The notes below the pieces were generated by a model. The model saw only the letters and a program-made list of their open reading frames with translations, was not told the DNA's origin and ran no database searches. A program made the position numbers and the translations under genes. Of a stretch of 64,000 nucleotides of DNA, positions 9,161-18,703 are shown piece by piece (position 1 is the first letter of the stretch; every line of letters starts with the position of its first letter). The DNA is from a virus: IMG/VR virus record IMGVR_UViG_3300025073_000448; one strand, 5' to 3'.

Positions 9161-9465
9161 GGCCTATCGTCCCCTTCATACTCTTCATCATCGTCATCAT
9201 AACGGCCTTGTCCGAAGTCTTTGGTGATTGAATTCCCTCCCTTCCACTTCCCCTTATCCTCATCCAACTCCCCGTGCCTATCCCGGTAGGCAAGCTCCGT
9301 CTGAATGGCCTTGATGGCGCGGTCGTTGCCGTTGGCCGGGTCGCAAAACCACGATTGTTCCAAGAGCCACTCGAGGTAGCCGCGCGGGATGTCCTCGACG
9401 GGCTTGCCTTTGTGGGCCTTGAAAGGGCAGATCCAGAGTGATTGTGCTTGAGGCGTTGGTGCCAT
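9139..9465 (-). CDS. DUF3820-like small protein
   Basis: PFKAHKGKPVEDIPRGYLEWL motif. Confidence 0.7.
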   Translation of the reverse strand: MAPTPQAQSLWICPFKAHKGKPVEDIPRGYLEWLLEQSWFCDPANGNDRAIKAIQTELAYRDRHGELDEDKGKWKGGNSITKDFGQGRYDDDDEEYEGDDRPWVHQPR

Positions 9466-9480
9466 AATGGTGGGTTCCTC

Positions 9481-9828
9481 CTATTTGAATGCACACTGGA
9501 AGGGGAGTCCGTGACAAAAAATGGTTTCTTCCGACTGGTGCCATGTCACCTTGCCGGTATCGGACCAATGCAGCATCTCCTCGACAAATCCACGCTCTAT
9601 GCCACGAACGACTCGAGTAAAAATTTCATGATACACTCTGTTCTTCCAAAAATACGTGGCTCTTTGGAGAAATTCTTCTCTATTGAAGCACCACGTTTCT
9701 TTATCGTTGTGAACTCCATGAATTGTAATGCCTTTGGTTCGGTCGCAACGGGCGACGTAGCATGGACCTTCTATTGCAGCCACGCGCACTTTCACGCCTA
9801 TGTACTGTTTCATTTCCGTGTCAGGCAT
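9481..9828 (-). CDS. Hypothetical protein
   Basis: ORF with GAAAGGAG RBS. Confidence 0.65.
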   Translation of the reverse strand: MPDTEMKQYIGVKVRVAAIEGPCYVARCDRTKGITIHGVHNDKETWCFNREEFLQRATYFWKNRVYHEIFTRVVRGIERGFVEEMLHWSDTGKVTWHQSEETIFCHGLPFQCAFK

Positions 9829-9886
9829 AAAATTGGCTACTCCTTTCGTAACTCTTTCACGGTTTAGAGCTTCTTTTTTTCTTTCT

Positions 9887-10216
9887 TCACTCCTCCAACT
9901 CCACCCGCAATCTCACCCTTGCCCAAGCCTCGCCGTTCCGAACGCTCAGCCGGTTCAGCTTGCGTTTGAGCTCGTGGTAGATTTCCATGCCGAAGAGGTC
10001 GGCGAAAGAGTCTTCGTGAAGGGCTATGAAGTCTTCCACGGTGTCCTGGGTGATGGGCTGGTTGTCTGGATGACGCATCGGGTCGTATTTTGCCCCATAG
10101 CCAGCAACGCTCTTCGCGGCATTCTCCCTTCCCAGGTGAACGAGGTTGCCGTGAAGGGTGGCGATTATGGTGATGGGGTCGGATGGGACATGGGATGATG
10201 GTGGCATGGTTGGCAT
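9887..10216 (-). CDS. Hypothetical protein
   Basis: AAGGAG RBS ahead of the ATG at 10216. Confidence 0.65.
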   Translation of the reverse strand: MPTMPPSSHVPSDPITIIATLHGNLVHLGRENAAKSVAGYGAKYDPMRHPDNQPITQDTVEDFIALHEDSFADLFGMEIYHELKRKLNRLSVRNGEAWARVRLRVELEE

Positions 10217-10244
10217 GGCTTGGCTCCTTCTTTTAAGGGTTGGC

Positions 10245-10811
10245 TTATTCTTCGATCTTCGCCAGCTTTCCGGAAGCGTGGAAGATTTCATGGCAATCAG
10301 AGCACAGAACTATCAAGTCGGTGAGTAACTCATGAAAGATCCGCTCATAGGTTCGGTGATGAACATTCAAAACCTTCCCGCCCGCTAGATTTTGAGCGTT
10401 GCAGACTTGGCATCGATACTCGGCCTCCTCGAGTTTTGCGCCTCTTACTGCGGACCACTCGGGGGACATGAGGTATTCGTGGTAGATTTGGCGTCTGGTC
10501 TTGGGCGGAGGAGGCGGAGCGGATGAAGTGGGTAGGGACGCAAGAATTCTATTTTTTGCTTTCAACATTACATACTGAGACCATCCAAACAATGTACCCA
10601 CAAAATCTTCCCACTGGTCTTTGGTTATATCAGACTCATTGATATAATTAGTTATATTATGGAGATCTCTATTGATAGCCGATATCCATGTGTCTCTTTT
10701 TGTAAATTTTTCATTTTCTTCCAGGCATTTCATGAAATCATCATCGTTGTAGATCTTCTTTTCGCGCAAGCTTTCCTTGCGACCCTTCTCAACAAACTCA
10801 TCAAGCGTCAT
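10245..10811 (-). CDS. HNH endonuclease (C-terminal HNH, unknown N-terminal domain)
   Basis: YLMSPEW...RCQVC...LNVHHRTYE...LIVLCSDCHEIFH; AAAGGA RBS before ATG 10811. Confidence 0.85.
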   Translation of the reverse strand: MTLDEFVEKGRKESLREKKIYNDDDFMKCLEENEKFTKRDTWISAINRDLHNITNYINESDITKDQWEDFVGTLFGWSQYVMLKAKNRILASLPTSSAPPPPPKTRRQIYHEYLMSPEWSAVRGAKLEEAEYRCQVCNAQNLAGGKVLNVHHRTYERIFHELLTDLIVLCSDCHEIFHASGKLAKIEE

Positions 10812-10930
10812 GATTTTGTCCTTTCTCTCAAAAGTTTTCTCATCAAAACACGCCCCCAAGAGGAATGCAAGCGAAAAATGAACATGATCAACATTATTTT
10901 CCGTGACTCCTCCAAACCCACAAAAAAAGA

Positions 10931-10958
10931 TTGACATGAATAGTAAGCTGGCCATAAT
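10931..10958 (+). promoter_or_regulatory. Rightward sigma70 promoter in a divergent intergenic region
   Basis: TTGACA-16nt-CATAAT. Confidence 0.65.
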
Positions 10959-10977
10959 GAGGGCGGAGGTTTTGAAA

Positions 10978-11169
10978 ATGCCGAAAATTCCGATGAAGCG
11001 AATTACAAAAAAAAGACTGCGCGAGGCCATAGATAAAGCTGGGAGCCTCGTGGCGTTGGCCGCCATCCTTGGAAAACATCGCGGGTCAATCTATGCTTAC
11101 CTGGCAAAACGCCAAGCCCCGGCCGGGGTCGTGGACAGCATAAATTCCTATATTGACCGAGATGCTTGA
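10978..11169 (+). CDS. Cro-like HTH protein
   Basis: GGAGGT RBS; AIDKAGSLVALAAILGKHRGSIYAYL; first gene after the divergent promoter. Confidence 0.65.
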   Translation: MPKIPMKRITKKRLREAIDKAGSLVALAAILGKHRGSIYAYLAKRQAPAGVVDSINSYIDRDA

Positions 11170-11190
11170 TTCCAGGGAGGCCGCGGCTAA

Positions 11191-13785
11191 ATGAACCTGA
11201 TCGCAGAGATAAAATCACGCATCGACTGCATTACTCTCTTTCGCAAGCTTTGGCCCAATAATTACCGTGAAGGGGGCAAGAACAACAGCCTTTGCCCGTT
11301 TCATGGAGATTCCAATGGGTCGCTCTTGGTTGAAGCGGACCACATACATTGCTTCGGGTGCGAGAAGCATCTCGACGTGATCGGCATATATCAAGAGCAC
11401 AGAGGAAAATCCGGGATAACCGGAAAAGAGATGGGGCAATTTCTCCGGGAGATTGCCAGGGAGCTTGACATCCCCCTTCCGGAGCACGCCACCACCTCCG
11501 CGAAAACAAGCAAAACAGACAAGAAGAAATCACCTCCGTCGCTGGACTATCTCATAAAAAGGTGGACTCAATTCTCTGCCACGCCACTATCCGAATCGGC
11601 CAGGAACTACCTGGAAAAAGAAAGAGCCATCCCTGGCACCGTACTCGATGAGTTGGCTCAAAAGAAGTTCATCGGGTTTTCTCCGCAGTCGGACAAGTAC
11701 GGAGAAACCATAGAATTCCCGGTTTTGGATTGGCCAGAGAAAACGCTTCTCTCTATTCAGCACGTCCCCGTTGGGGGAGGTGAAAAGAAGTTCGTAGAGC
11801 TTACCAAGCCCAAGGATGGCTTTTTTAAGCACGGGAACGGCGGGGATTTCTCCGTGATATCGGAAGCCGTTATCGACTCTCTTTCGATATATACCGCATG
11901 CAAGGACCAAATTTTCCTGGATGCTATTTCCATCCTTTCCGCGGGCTCCTATGCAAAAATAAAACTCATCCCGGTATCAGTCCCCATCTTCTTCATGGAT
12001 GACGATCCGGGCGGAATCATGGCCACCATTCTTGCCCTGCATCTTCTTGGCCCTGGAAGAGCGAAGCATGTTGATTGGTCCATTGCCGGGAATGAAGGCA
12101 AGGATGCCAATGATTTGCTGAAGAAAGGAAAGCGCGACCTCATCCTCAAAATGGTCAAAGGAGCTGTCGGAACCAAGGATGAGGATGATTTGCATCAATG
12201 CTTCAAGGGCCTGATTGCTAGGTGTCGAGAGAAGATAGATGCCAAGAAGTATAACAAGGAAGAGGGAAGGGAGAAGGATCATGTCAGGCTCAGTCGGATA
12301 GAGGCAGAGGTCAAAACGCCTTACAAGGAAATGGCGAAGAAAGACCCTGTGGCGGTGGCCACGCTTTCCTTCGAAGAGCACATGGCCGAGCTCAACAAGA
12401 TGCACGCCGTGATCATGCTCGGCGGGAAGTGCTGCATCCTCCACGAATACACCGACCCGATATCCAGAAGAGAGGACATAGATTTTTGGAGTGTCAACGA
12501 CTTTCATTACAAACACGCCCCCAGGCAGGTCTGGATTCCCAATGGAAGCGAAGGATCAAGGCAGATAGCGGCTACCAAGCTGTGGATCAAATCAAATCAG
12601 CGCAGGGAATATGACGGGCTCATTTTCGCCCCAGGAACACAGACGGAGAGATACTACAATCTATTCCGCGGCTTTGCGGTGACTCCCATCCAAGGCAGGT
12701 GGGCGCTGTTCAAGAGGCATATTGATCAAGTGATAGCCGGCGGGGATGCCGCCATATCGAAGTACATCCTGGCATGGATGGCCCACCTCCTACAACAGCC
12801 TGGTGGCGAGCGGCCGGGGACGGCTATCGTCCTTCGAGGAAAACAGGGAACGGGGAAGGGCTTCTTCGTTTCCCAGCTCGGAAAGATCCTCGGGCACCAC
12901 TTCCTGCACATTACCCAAGCATCCCACCTTACAGGAAAATTCAACTCGCACCTCAAGAGCGCCCTGCTTGTGTTCGTAGACGAGGCATTATGGGCCGGGG
13001 ACAAGCAAGGTGAATCCGTGCTCAAGGGGATTGTGACCGAGGACACTATCATGGTCGAGCACAAGGGTAAGGATACCGTCCGGATGAAAAACCATGTGAG
13101 CATCATCGTAGCGTCCAATAATGAGTGGGTTGTCCCGGCCGGACCCGAGGAAAGGAGATTCCTGGTCCTTGACGTGAAAGAGACTCACATGCAGGATCGG
13201 GAGTATTTCCAGGCGCTCTTCGATGAAATGAACAACGGCGGACGGGAGGCCATGCTGTATGATCTCCTGAATATGGGCGGGCTGGATAAGGTGGATCTTC
13301 GCACTATCCCAAGGACCGACGCGCAGCTTGATCAGATCTGCTATTCCATGACCGGGATTCAGAAATTCTGGATGGAGGTCCTCATGCGCGGGACGCTGCT
13401 TGCGGAGCACCACGAGTGGGAAGGTGTCGTTCAGACGGCGAAGCTCTACGGGGAGTATGCCGAGTTCTGCAAGACGATCAACGACCGGTATCCCCTGGCC
13501 GGGAATATGTTCACGAAGCAGCTCAAGAAGATGACTCCGGAGGGGAGTACGAAGAGGGCGAAAAAAACATTTCATCATAAGGAGGGAGAACGATATAGCA
13601 GCAAGGTGGAATGGTGTCTGTGGTTTGCAGACCTGAAAAAATGTCGGGAATCGTTTGACAAACTGATTCACAAGAGCATAATGTGGGGCGATGAAGCAGA
13701 AACGGAGACGATGGAGAAAGAGCTTACCCAAAGGAAAATAGACGCAGAGAAGGAAGAAAAGGCTAAAAAACAGCAGAAACAATAA
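11191..13785 (+). CDS. Primase-helicase (CHC2 zinc finger + TOPRIM + SF3/D5-like helicase + C-terminal domain)
   Basis: CPFHGD...HCFGC, EAVIDSLS, DDDPGG, KDANDLL, GKQGTGKG, FVDEA, IIVASNN, ERRFLV. Confidence 0.93.
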   Translation: MNLIAEIKSRIDCITLFRKLWPNNYREGGKNNSLCPFHGDSNGSLLVEADHIHCFGCEKHLDVIGIYQEHRGKSGITGKEMGQFLREIARELDIPLPEHATTSAKTSKTDKKKSPPSLDYLIKRWTQFSATPLSESARNYLEKERAIPGTVLDELAQKKFIGFSPQSDKYGETIEFPVLDWPEKTLLSIQHVPVGGGEKKFVELTKPKDGFFKHGNGGDFSVISEAVIDSLSIYTACKDQIFLDAISILSAGSYAKIKLIPVSVPIFFMDDDPGGIMATILALHLLGPGRAKHVDWSIAGNEGKDANDLLKKGKRDLILKMVKGAVGTKDEDDLHQCFKGLIARCREKIDAKKYNKEEGREKDHVRLSRIEAEVKTPYKEMAKKDPVAVATLSFEEHMAELNKMHAVIMLGGKCCILHEYTDPISRREDIDFWSVNDFHYKHAPRQVWIPNGSEGSRQIAATKLWIKSNQRREYDGLIFAPGTQTERYYNLFRGFAVTPIQGRWALFKRHIDQVIAGGDAAISKYILAWMAHLLQQPGGERPGTAIVLRGKQGTGKGFFVSQLGKILGHHFLHITQASHLTGKFNSHLKSALLVFVDEALWAGDKQGESVLKGIVTEDTIMVEHKGKDTVRMKNHVSIIVASNNEWVVPAGPEERRFLVLDVKETHMQDREYFQALFDEMNNGGREAMLYDLLNMGGLDKVDLRTIPRTDAQLDQICYSMTGIQKFWMEVLMRGTLLAEHHEWEGVVQTAKLYGEYAEFCKTINDRYPLAGNMFTKQLKKMTPEGSTKRAKKTFHHKEGERYSSKVEWCLWFADLKKCRESFDKLIHKSIMWGDEAETETMEKELTQRKIDAEKEEKAKKQQKQ

Positions 13786-13890
13786 GGGGAAAGACCGGGA
13801 GGGGAGTGGGGCACTTTCTTCTGAAGAGCAAAACAAAGATCATCAATCCATCCACGAAAATCAATTTTCTCAATAATTCCGCGAAACCAT

Positions 13891-14248
<358 letters not shown>

Positions 14249-14284
14249 TCCTATTTCCAATGCACGCTTTAGCCCATTTTTTTC

Positions 14285-14312
14285 TTGCATTGCATCGTAA
14301 AAAGCATATCAT
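14285..14312 (+). promoter_or_regulatory. Sigma70-like promoter
   Basis: TTGCAT-16nt-TATCAT. Confidence 0.55.
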
Positions 14313-14381
14313 CGAATCGTCGTCACGATTTCGCACATCATGGCGGTTTTGATACACCTCAAAAAAACCAGAGAGGATTCC

Positions 14382-14522
14382 ATGAAAAATACGAGCGCAA
14401 GGCAAGGATTCAGGAGCAAGACCTGGAGCATGGCACACATCGCAACCTCTCTGGTATTCTGTGCCGAGCGGCGACCCTTGCCTTGCGCTTCTATGTTCCA
14501 TGGAGGAGCGCAAAAACCATGA
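14382..14522 (+). CDS. Putative 46-aa leader uORF, ATGA-coupled to the next gene
   Basis: GAGAGGA RBS; MKNTSARQGFRSKTWSMAHIATSLVFCAERRPLPCASMFHGGAQKP*; spans RNA element 3. Confidence 0.5.
   Translation: MKNTSARQGFRSKTWSMAHIATSLVFCAERRPLPCASMFHGGAQKP
14394..14489 (+). ncRNA. Three-way-junction RNA element 3
   Basis: Perfect 14-bp outer stem AGCGCAAGGCAAGG/CCTTGCCTTGCGCT, UUCAGG-AGCAAGA-CCUGGA hairpin, GGCACA/UGUGCC hairpin with a 22-nt loop. Confidence 0.7.
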
Positions 14523-15136
14523 ATCAGACAGTAAATCAAGGGCACTTCCAACAAATCACAGACCTCACCTTCGAATCTTCGAAGTGCAGGTTCATGATTC
14601 ACCCAAACACTAACGACCTCTATGTTTCTTTGTTCGATCTACTCAGGCTACTCGGTGCTGCGGACGGCGCAAAGCATGTGATTGGCTCATTGGAAAGAGT
14701 TCAAGACGGGGAAAGCGATGGAATCCCAACACTTTTATCTAAGCTATCAATCCAGAGATCACAAAACATGACCGGGATTCAAAGATTCTGGTTTGAAGTG
14801 CTCATGCGCGGAAGCTTGTTGATCGAAGATGCTAGTTGGATTGGAGTGGTGCCAACACGCAAGCTGTATCGAGAATACCTGGAATTTTGCAAGAAAATTG
14901 GAGAAAAATTCCCCGTAGCCAACAACATTTTCACGAAGCACATCAAGAGTCTGACATTCCATGGAAGCGTAAAACGTATTCGAAAAATATTCCATTATGT
15001 CGGGCATCATCTTCCAACATCTGAGTGGTGTTTGCGCTTCGATGATCTCGATGCATGTCGAAAAGCCTTCAATGAAGCCATTGGACGCAACATAATGTGG
15101 AGAATTACCTCCTCTGGCAGAAAAGAGGATCTGTAG
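14519..15136 (+). CDS. Fusion of a Bro-N-like N-terminus with a paralog of the primase C-terminal domain
   Basis: LYVSLFDLLRLLG (Bro-N-like, weak); C-terminal ~113 aa about half identical to the primase C-terminus (MTGIQ.FW.EVLMRG...EWCL.F.DL..CR..F...I...IMW). Confidence 0.75.
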   Translation: MNQTVNQGHFQQITDLTFESSKCRFMIHPNTNDLYVSLFDLLRLLGAADGAKHVIGSLERVQDGESDGIPTLLSKLSIQRSQNMTGIQRFWFEVLMRGSLLIEDASWIGVVPTRKLYREYLEFCKKIGEKFPVANNIFTKHIKSLTFHGSVKRIRKIFHYVGHHLPTSEWCLRFDDLDACRKAFNEAIGRNIMWRITSSGRKEDL

Positions 15137-15138
15137 CC

Positions 15139-15726
15139 ATGGACATTGACGAGCTTGTGGCAATGGGAAGGGACGAGGAAGATACGGCGGTGAAGCAGGC
15201 CGAGCAGACCTCACAAGCCGAGCAGACCTCACAGGAATCCCTCGAAGGTGGGAATCCTCTCCTTCAAAGAAATACTTCCTCGGGAGCCGTGTCTTCCGTC
15301 CCAGGCTTCACCCCCATAACCCTCCCCCCAGGCTGGACCTTCCCCGCCCCCGACACCTCCGGCGCCCCGCTGAACCGCGTCATCAACGCAGCCTACCAGC
15401 AGATCCACGGGGTTTATGAGGCCGTGAAGGGGAAAGAATCCGCAGGCGAGTTGACCCCGGAGCGCGCGGCCGAGCTGATAAGGCGCTTCAACGCCGTCCT
15501 GAAATCCGAGAAGGTGACGAACGCCGAGGAAGCCATTACCCGGGAGTTCCGTTCCTTCCAGGATGCCGTCAAATCGATCCCCGTGGACCACAAGGGCAAG
15601 ATGGCGGCGGCGGGGAATGTGCGGGCCGGGTGCGCGTGGCTGGTGAAGTTTGTGCGGTGGTGGGTGTGGAGCGAGGAAGGAAAAGAAGAATCACCCCTTC
15701 ACGGCCAGGAAGGAGAGAAGCCATGA
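15139..15726 (+). CDS. Hypothetical protein
   Basis: ORF with RBS, start MDIDEL. Confidence 0.7.
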   Translation: MDIDELVAMGRDEEDTAVKQAEQTSQAEQTSQESLEGGNPLLQRNTSSGAVSSVPGFTPITLPPGWTFPAPDTSGAPLNRVINAAYQQIHGVYEAVKGKESAGELTPERAAELIRRFNAVLKSEKVTNAEEAITREFRSFQDAVKSIPVDHKGKMAAAGNVRAGCAWLVKFVRWWVWSEEGKEESPLHGQEGEKP

Positions 15727-16151
15727 AATTCCAAACAATCGAGATCACATTTCCAGTTCCAGTCGAGGCCCCGCCTGGATTGTTTCATGTCATAGAGACA
15801 CTCGTGGACATGATCTGCAAGAAGTACGAGGCAGACAACCCCACCAGGGTCATGTGGCCGGCGGGCGCGGGATCGAAACCCATCTTCTCGGACCACGACG
15901 CCGCTTTCCTTGGCATCAAGAAGGCTGTGAGTGGTGGTGAGCAGGGCGGCGACGAGCAAGGCGCCATGATCCCCGCGAAAGGGGAAGGGCCTATCTTTGA
16001 CGATTCAGTGTATCAGATCTCCGTGAGTGAGCGTGAGGACTTCGCCGGCAGGAACCCGAAGAACCCCAACGGGAAGAGACTTGCGCTGGAAGCTTATGTT
16101 CAGCGGAAGGACAATCGGGCAATACGAAAACGTGAAGAGATCGAGAAGTGA
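15723..16151 (+). CDS. Hypothetical protein
   Basis: ATGA-coupled, strong RBS GAAGGAG. Confidence 0.7.
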   Translation: MKFQTIEITFPVPVEAPPGLFHVIETLVDMICKKYEADNPTRVMWPAGAGSKPIFSDHDAAFLGIKKAVSGGEQGGDEQGAMIPAKGEGPIFDDSVYQISVSEREDFAGRNPKNPNGKRLALEAYVQRKDNRAIRKREEIEK

Positions 16152-16163
16152 CTCGATGCCAAG

Positions 16164-16328
16164 GTGACGGTTTGCTCAGATTGCCTACAGGCCTCCTGCT
16201 GGCAGGCCGAGCACATGTGTGCAACGGCAGGGAATGCTGGAACCATGCAGAAAACCCGGCGCGAATTGATTGCCCTGAATCGAGAGCACGTCAGCTACAT
16301 GAAGACCGACAAGGAATTGCAAGGGTAA
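16164..16328 (+). CDS. Small Cys-rich phage protein (54 aa, not in the ORF track)
   Basis: VTVCSDCLQASCWQAEHMCATAGNAGTMQKTRRELIALNREHVSYM, resembles a small phage protein family; GTG start with weak RBS. Confidence 0.55.
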   Translation: MTVCSDCLQASCWQAEHMCATAGNAGTMQKTRRELIALNREHVSYMKTDKELQG

Positions 16329-16407
16329 AATCTTGGAAGGGAAGAACCTTGAAGGGATCGAGCGACCCCCCCCTTTTTTTTCAAGGCCAGGGAGGAGAGA
16401 AGGCGGA

Positions 16408-16674
16408 ATGACAACGACATCACCAAAAATCAAAGCCTACTACGGCCCAGGCGGCGCGCTGGTCACGGATCGTCCCGTCGAGGGCGTCACTCACGAATTG
16501 AACGATGAAACGGCAAGGTATTATGGGTCGAAGCACTTCATTGCCGAGTCCATGACCCGGAAGGCTGCCGTTGCCATCGCCGTGGCACTTGGGCTCGAGT
16601 TGGTGGATGCTCCGTTTGTGGAGCCGAGGAAAGGATCACCACTTCAAGGCCAGGAAGGAGAGAAGGCGGCATGA
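16408..16674 (+). CDS. Hypothetical protein
   Basis: GGAGGAG RBS module. Confidence 0.7.
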   Translation: MTTTSPKIKAYYGPGGALVTDRPVEGVTHELNDETARYYGSKHFIAESMTRKAAVAIAVALGLELVDAPFVEPRKGSPLQGQEGEKAA

Positions 16675-17144
16675 GCGGCATGAGCGGCATGATGGCGAGC
16701 ATCGAAAACTACTACCAAGGCGACAAATACAAGTGGCTCGAAGGCCTTGGCGAAATCATCACTGGAGACATGAATCGGGAGACCATAGCATTTCGCACCG
16801 CCATGATGCCTGGATTATCTATCACCCTTGAAGGGGCGGGCTTGTGGTCCCTGACGCACGACGAAAGCGGGATGAAGCTGCACGGTGAGTATGAGCGACT
16901 TGCCGATGCCGTGACGGTGGCCGATGAGCTTGCATCGCGGATCGACTGGAGAGGGATCGTCATAAAGGACGTACCGAATCAAAAGATCCCCCATGAGATG
17001 TTTGATTTGTTGTTCGAAATCGAATGCACGGCCATGGACATTCAGGACCGGATTGATGCGGCAATGGACGGGAGTGGTGGTGGGGAGTTGGAGGAATACC
17101 TCGAAGGAAAGAGCATTCAAGGTAGGGAGGGGTTAGAGCCGTGA
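16671..17144 (+). CDS. Hypothetical protein
   Basis: ATGA-coupled, RBS module. Confidence 0.7.
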   Translation: MSGMSGMMASIENYYQGDKYKWLEGLGEIITGDMNRETIAFRTAMMPGLSITLEGAGLWSLTHDESGMKLHGEYERLADAVTVADELASRIDWRGIVIKDVPNQKIPHEMFDLLFEIECTAMDIQDRIDAAMDGSGGGELEEYLEGKSIQGREGLEP

Positions 17145-17416
17145 CAGAGCAGCAGGAAAGAGATCTCCAATCCGCACTGGTCGAGTGTCGGCGGTTTGTC
17201 AGTGCAGCGAAGTTGGCGCTCGAGAAGCACCGGGAAGAAGTGGAGTACAATCGCTTGGTCGAACAGTGCAGGGCCGAGGGGCAAAAAGTGGATATATATG
17301 GTCGATATGGTGCTTACCCGCGAAACGTATCGGCATCTCTGGCGGCAGCCAAGCGTGCAAGCATAGATCTATGGCGGGCGCTTTCTGTGTTTCGAAGGAG
17401 GAAGGATCGACAATGA
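17141..17416 (+). CDS. Hypothetical protein
   Basis: GTGA-coupled ORF. Confidence 0.65.
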   Translation: MTEQQERDLQSALVECRRFVSAAKLALEKHREEVEYNRLVEQCRAEGQKVDIYGRYGAYPRNVSASLAAAKRASIDLWRALSVFRRRKDRQ

Positions 17417-18702
17417 TAACCTCGACGTCAGCATCAGCATCGCTACCAGCGGCATCACCTACACCAACATCCATTCCACTCGAAAACCCCTGCAAGCTCT
17501 GCCATGAGCGCGAGGCAACCCCGGGACTCAGGACCTGCCCGACGTGTCGCGGGGAAGAGGAGGGGGCGATGTTTGATGACGTGGTGTTCGATGCAAGGAT
17601 GCGTGAAGGGAGCGCGCGCGAAGGTGGAGTGCGCGGAACAATGCCGATGCCACCAAAGAATGAGGCCCCAAAGAGAGAGAAGGCTCACAAGGCAAAAACT
17701 CCATCCCCTTCAAGGCCAATATCTTCCCTTTCAAAGCCAACATCATCGCAGGCCCTTCCAATTCAATCCGAACCACCCATCGCCACCCACTCTGCCACAT
17801 CCACCGCCCCGCCCCGCCCCTTAACCGGAATCTCCCTCGACGCCCAAGAAAAGTGGGAGCAGGCCCGCGCTGGATCCGGAACCAGCACTCGCAAGCCTCC
17901 GCCAAACAAAAAGCCCCGAGAGAAAGTGTATTGCGCCTGCGGGTGTGGCAAGGCCTTCGCCAGGGTGATCGGTGGGTACTGGGAGAGCAGGAAATATTAC
18001 AACGCGGAATGCAAGCGCAGACATTTCAAGCCTAATTTCGGCTGGCCAGGGGATGGCAGTGGCGGCGGCGGCGGCGAAAAAAATGGAGGCAAACCGGAAA
18101 AGTACACAATCACCCCCGAAGGGGACGAGCTCATAAAGCAGCTCTATGCCGAGAAGGTGGGGATGGACCGCAAAAGCCACGTCAAGGCCCTGGCCGAGCA
18201 GCTCGGTGTTCCTCCTTGGAAGGTTTCCCGCCGGGCGTCGGCGCTCGGGGTCCTGTTTTCACCAAGGGCGGAAGCTCCATGGAGCGATGAGGAGCTCGCC
18301 TGTCTCAAGGAAAATGCCCACTGGTCCCCCGTGGTCATTGCCAGAAACATGCGGAAGGCTGGATTCCAGCGGAGCGCCACGGCTGTTAAGGTGAAAATGA
18401 CGAGGCTTGGCGGGAAGGAAGTGGTGCTGAATGGGGAGAGCTTCACTTCTCGGGGACTGGGTAGGCTGTTCGGGGTGGACAGTCAAGCTGTTGTGCGGTG
18501 GATCGATCGGGGGTTGCTCATTGCCGAGCGGATGGGGACCGCGAGGACCGAGGCGCAGCATGGGGATATTTGGAGGATCAAGCGGGAGGATGTGCGGCGG
18601 TTTGTGCTGGCGCATGTGAACGTGATTGATTTCCGAAAAATTACTGATCGTTGGTGGTTCGTTGAGCTTGTGGCTGGGGTTGGGAGAGATGGGAATAAAT
18701 AG
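17413..18702 (+). CDS. Putative DNA-binding protein (zinc ribbons, Myb/SANT-like repeat, HTH)
   Basis: CKLC..CPTC, CACGCG, PWSDEELACL, LGRLFGVDSQAVVRWI; start MITSTS at 17413. Confidence 0.65.
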   Translation: MITSTSASASLPAASPTPTSIPLENPCKLCHEREATPGLRTCPTCRGEEEGAMFDDVVFDARMREGSAREGGVRGTMPMPPKNEAPKREKAHKAKTPSPSRPISSLSKPTSSQALPIQSEPPIATHSATSTAPPRPLTGISLDAQEKWEQARAGSGTSTRKPPPNKKPREKVYCACGCGKAFARVIGGYWESRKYYNAECKRRHFKPNFGWPGDGSGGGGGEKNGGKPEKYTITPEGDELIKQLYAEKVGMDRKSHVKALAEQLGVPPWKVSRRASALGVLFSPRAEAPWSDEELACLKENAHWSPVVIARNMRKAGFQRSATAVKVKMTRLGGKEVVLNGESFTSRGLGRLFGVDSQAVVRWIDRGLLIAERMGTARTEAQHGDIWRIKREDVRRFVLAHVNVIDFRKITDRWWFVELVAGVGRDGNK

Positions 18703-18703
18703 A

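Noticed and set aside
10812-10900. A fifth three-way-junction leader upstream of the third HNH gene
   Set aside because: No outer stem or uORF found there; looks like a plain promoter and RBS
12988-13836. 282-aa minus-strand ORF and other long antisense ORFs (e.g. 42765-43580, 59361-60182, 62067-63014, 22558-23397)
   Set aside because: Shadow ORFs opposite or overlapping better-supported genes; no RBS or recognisable motifs
15199-15234. 18-bp in-frame tandem duplication (also the 9-bp ATGAGCGGC repeat at 16671)
   Set aside because: Ordinary short slippage duplications in disordered N-termini
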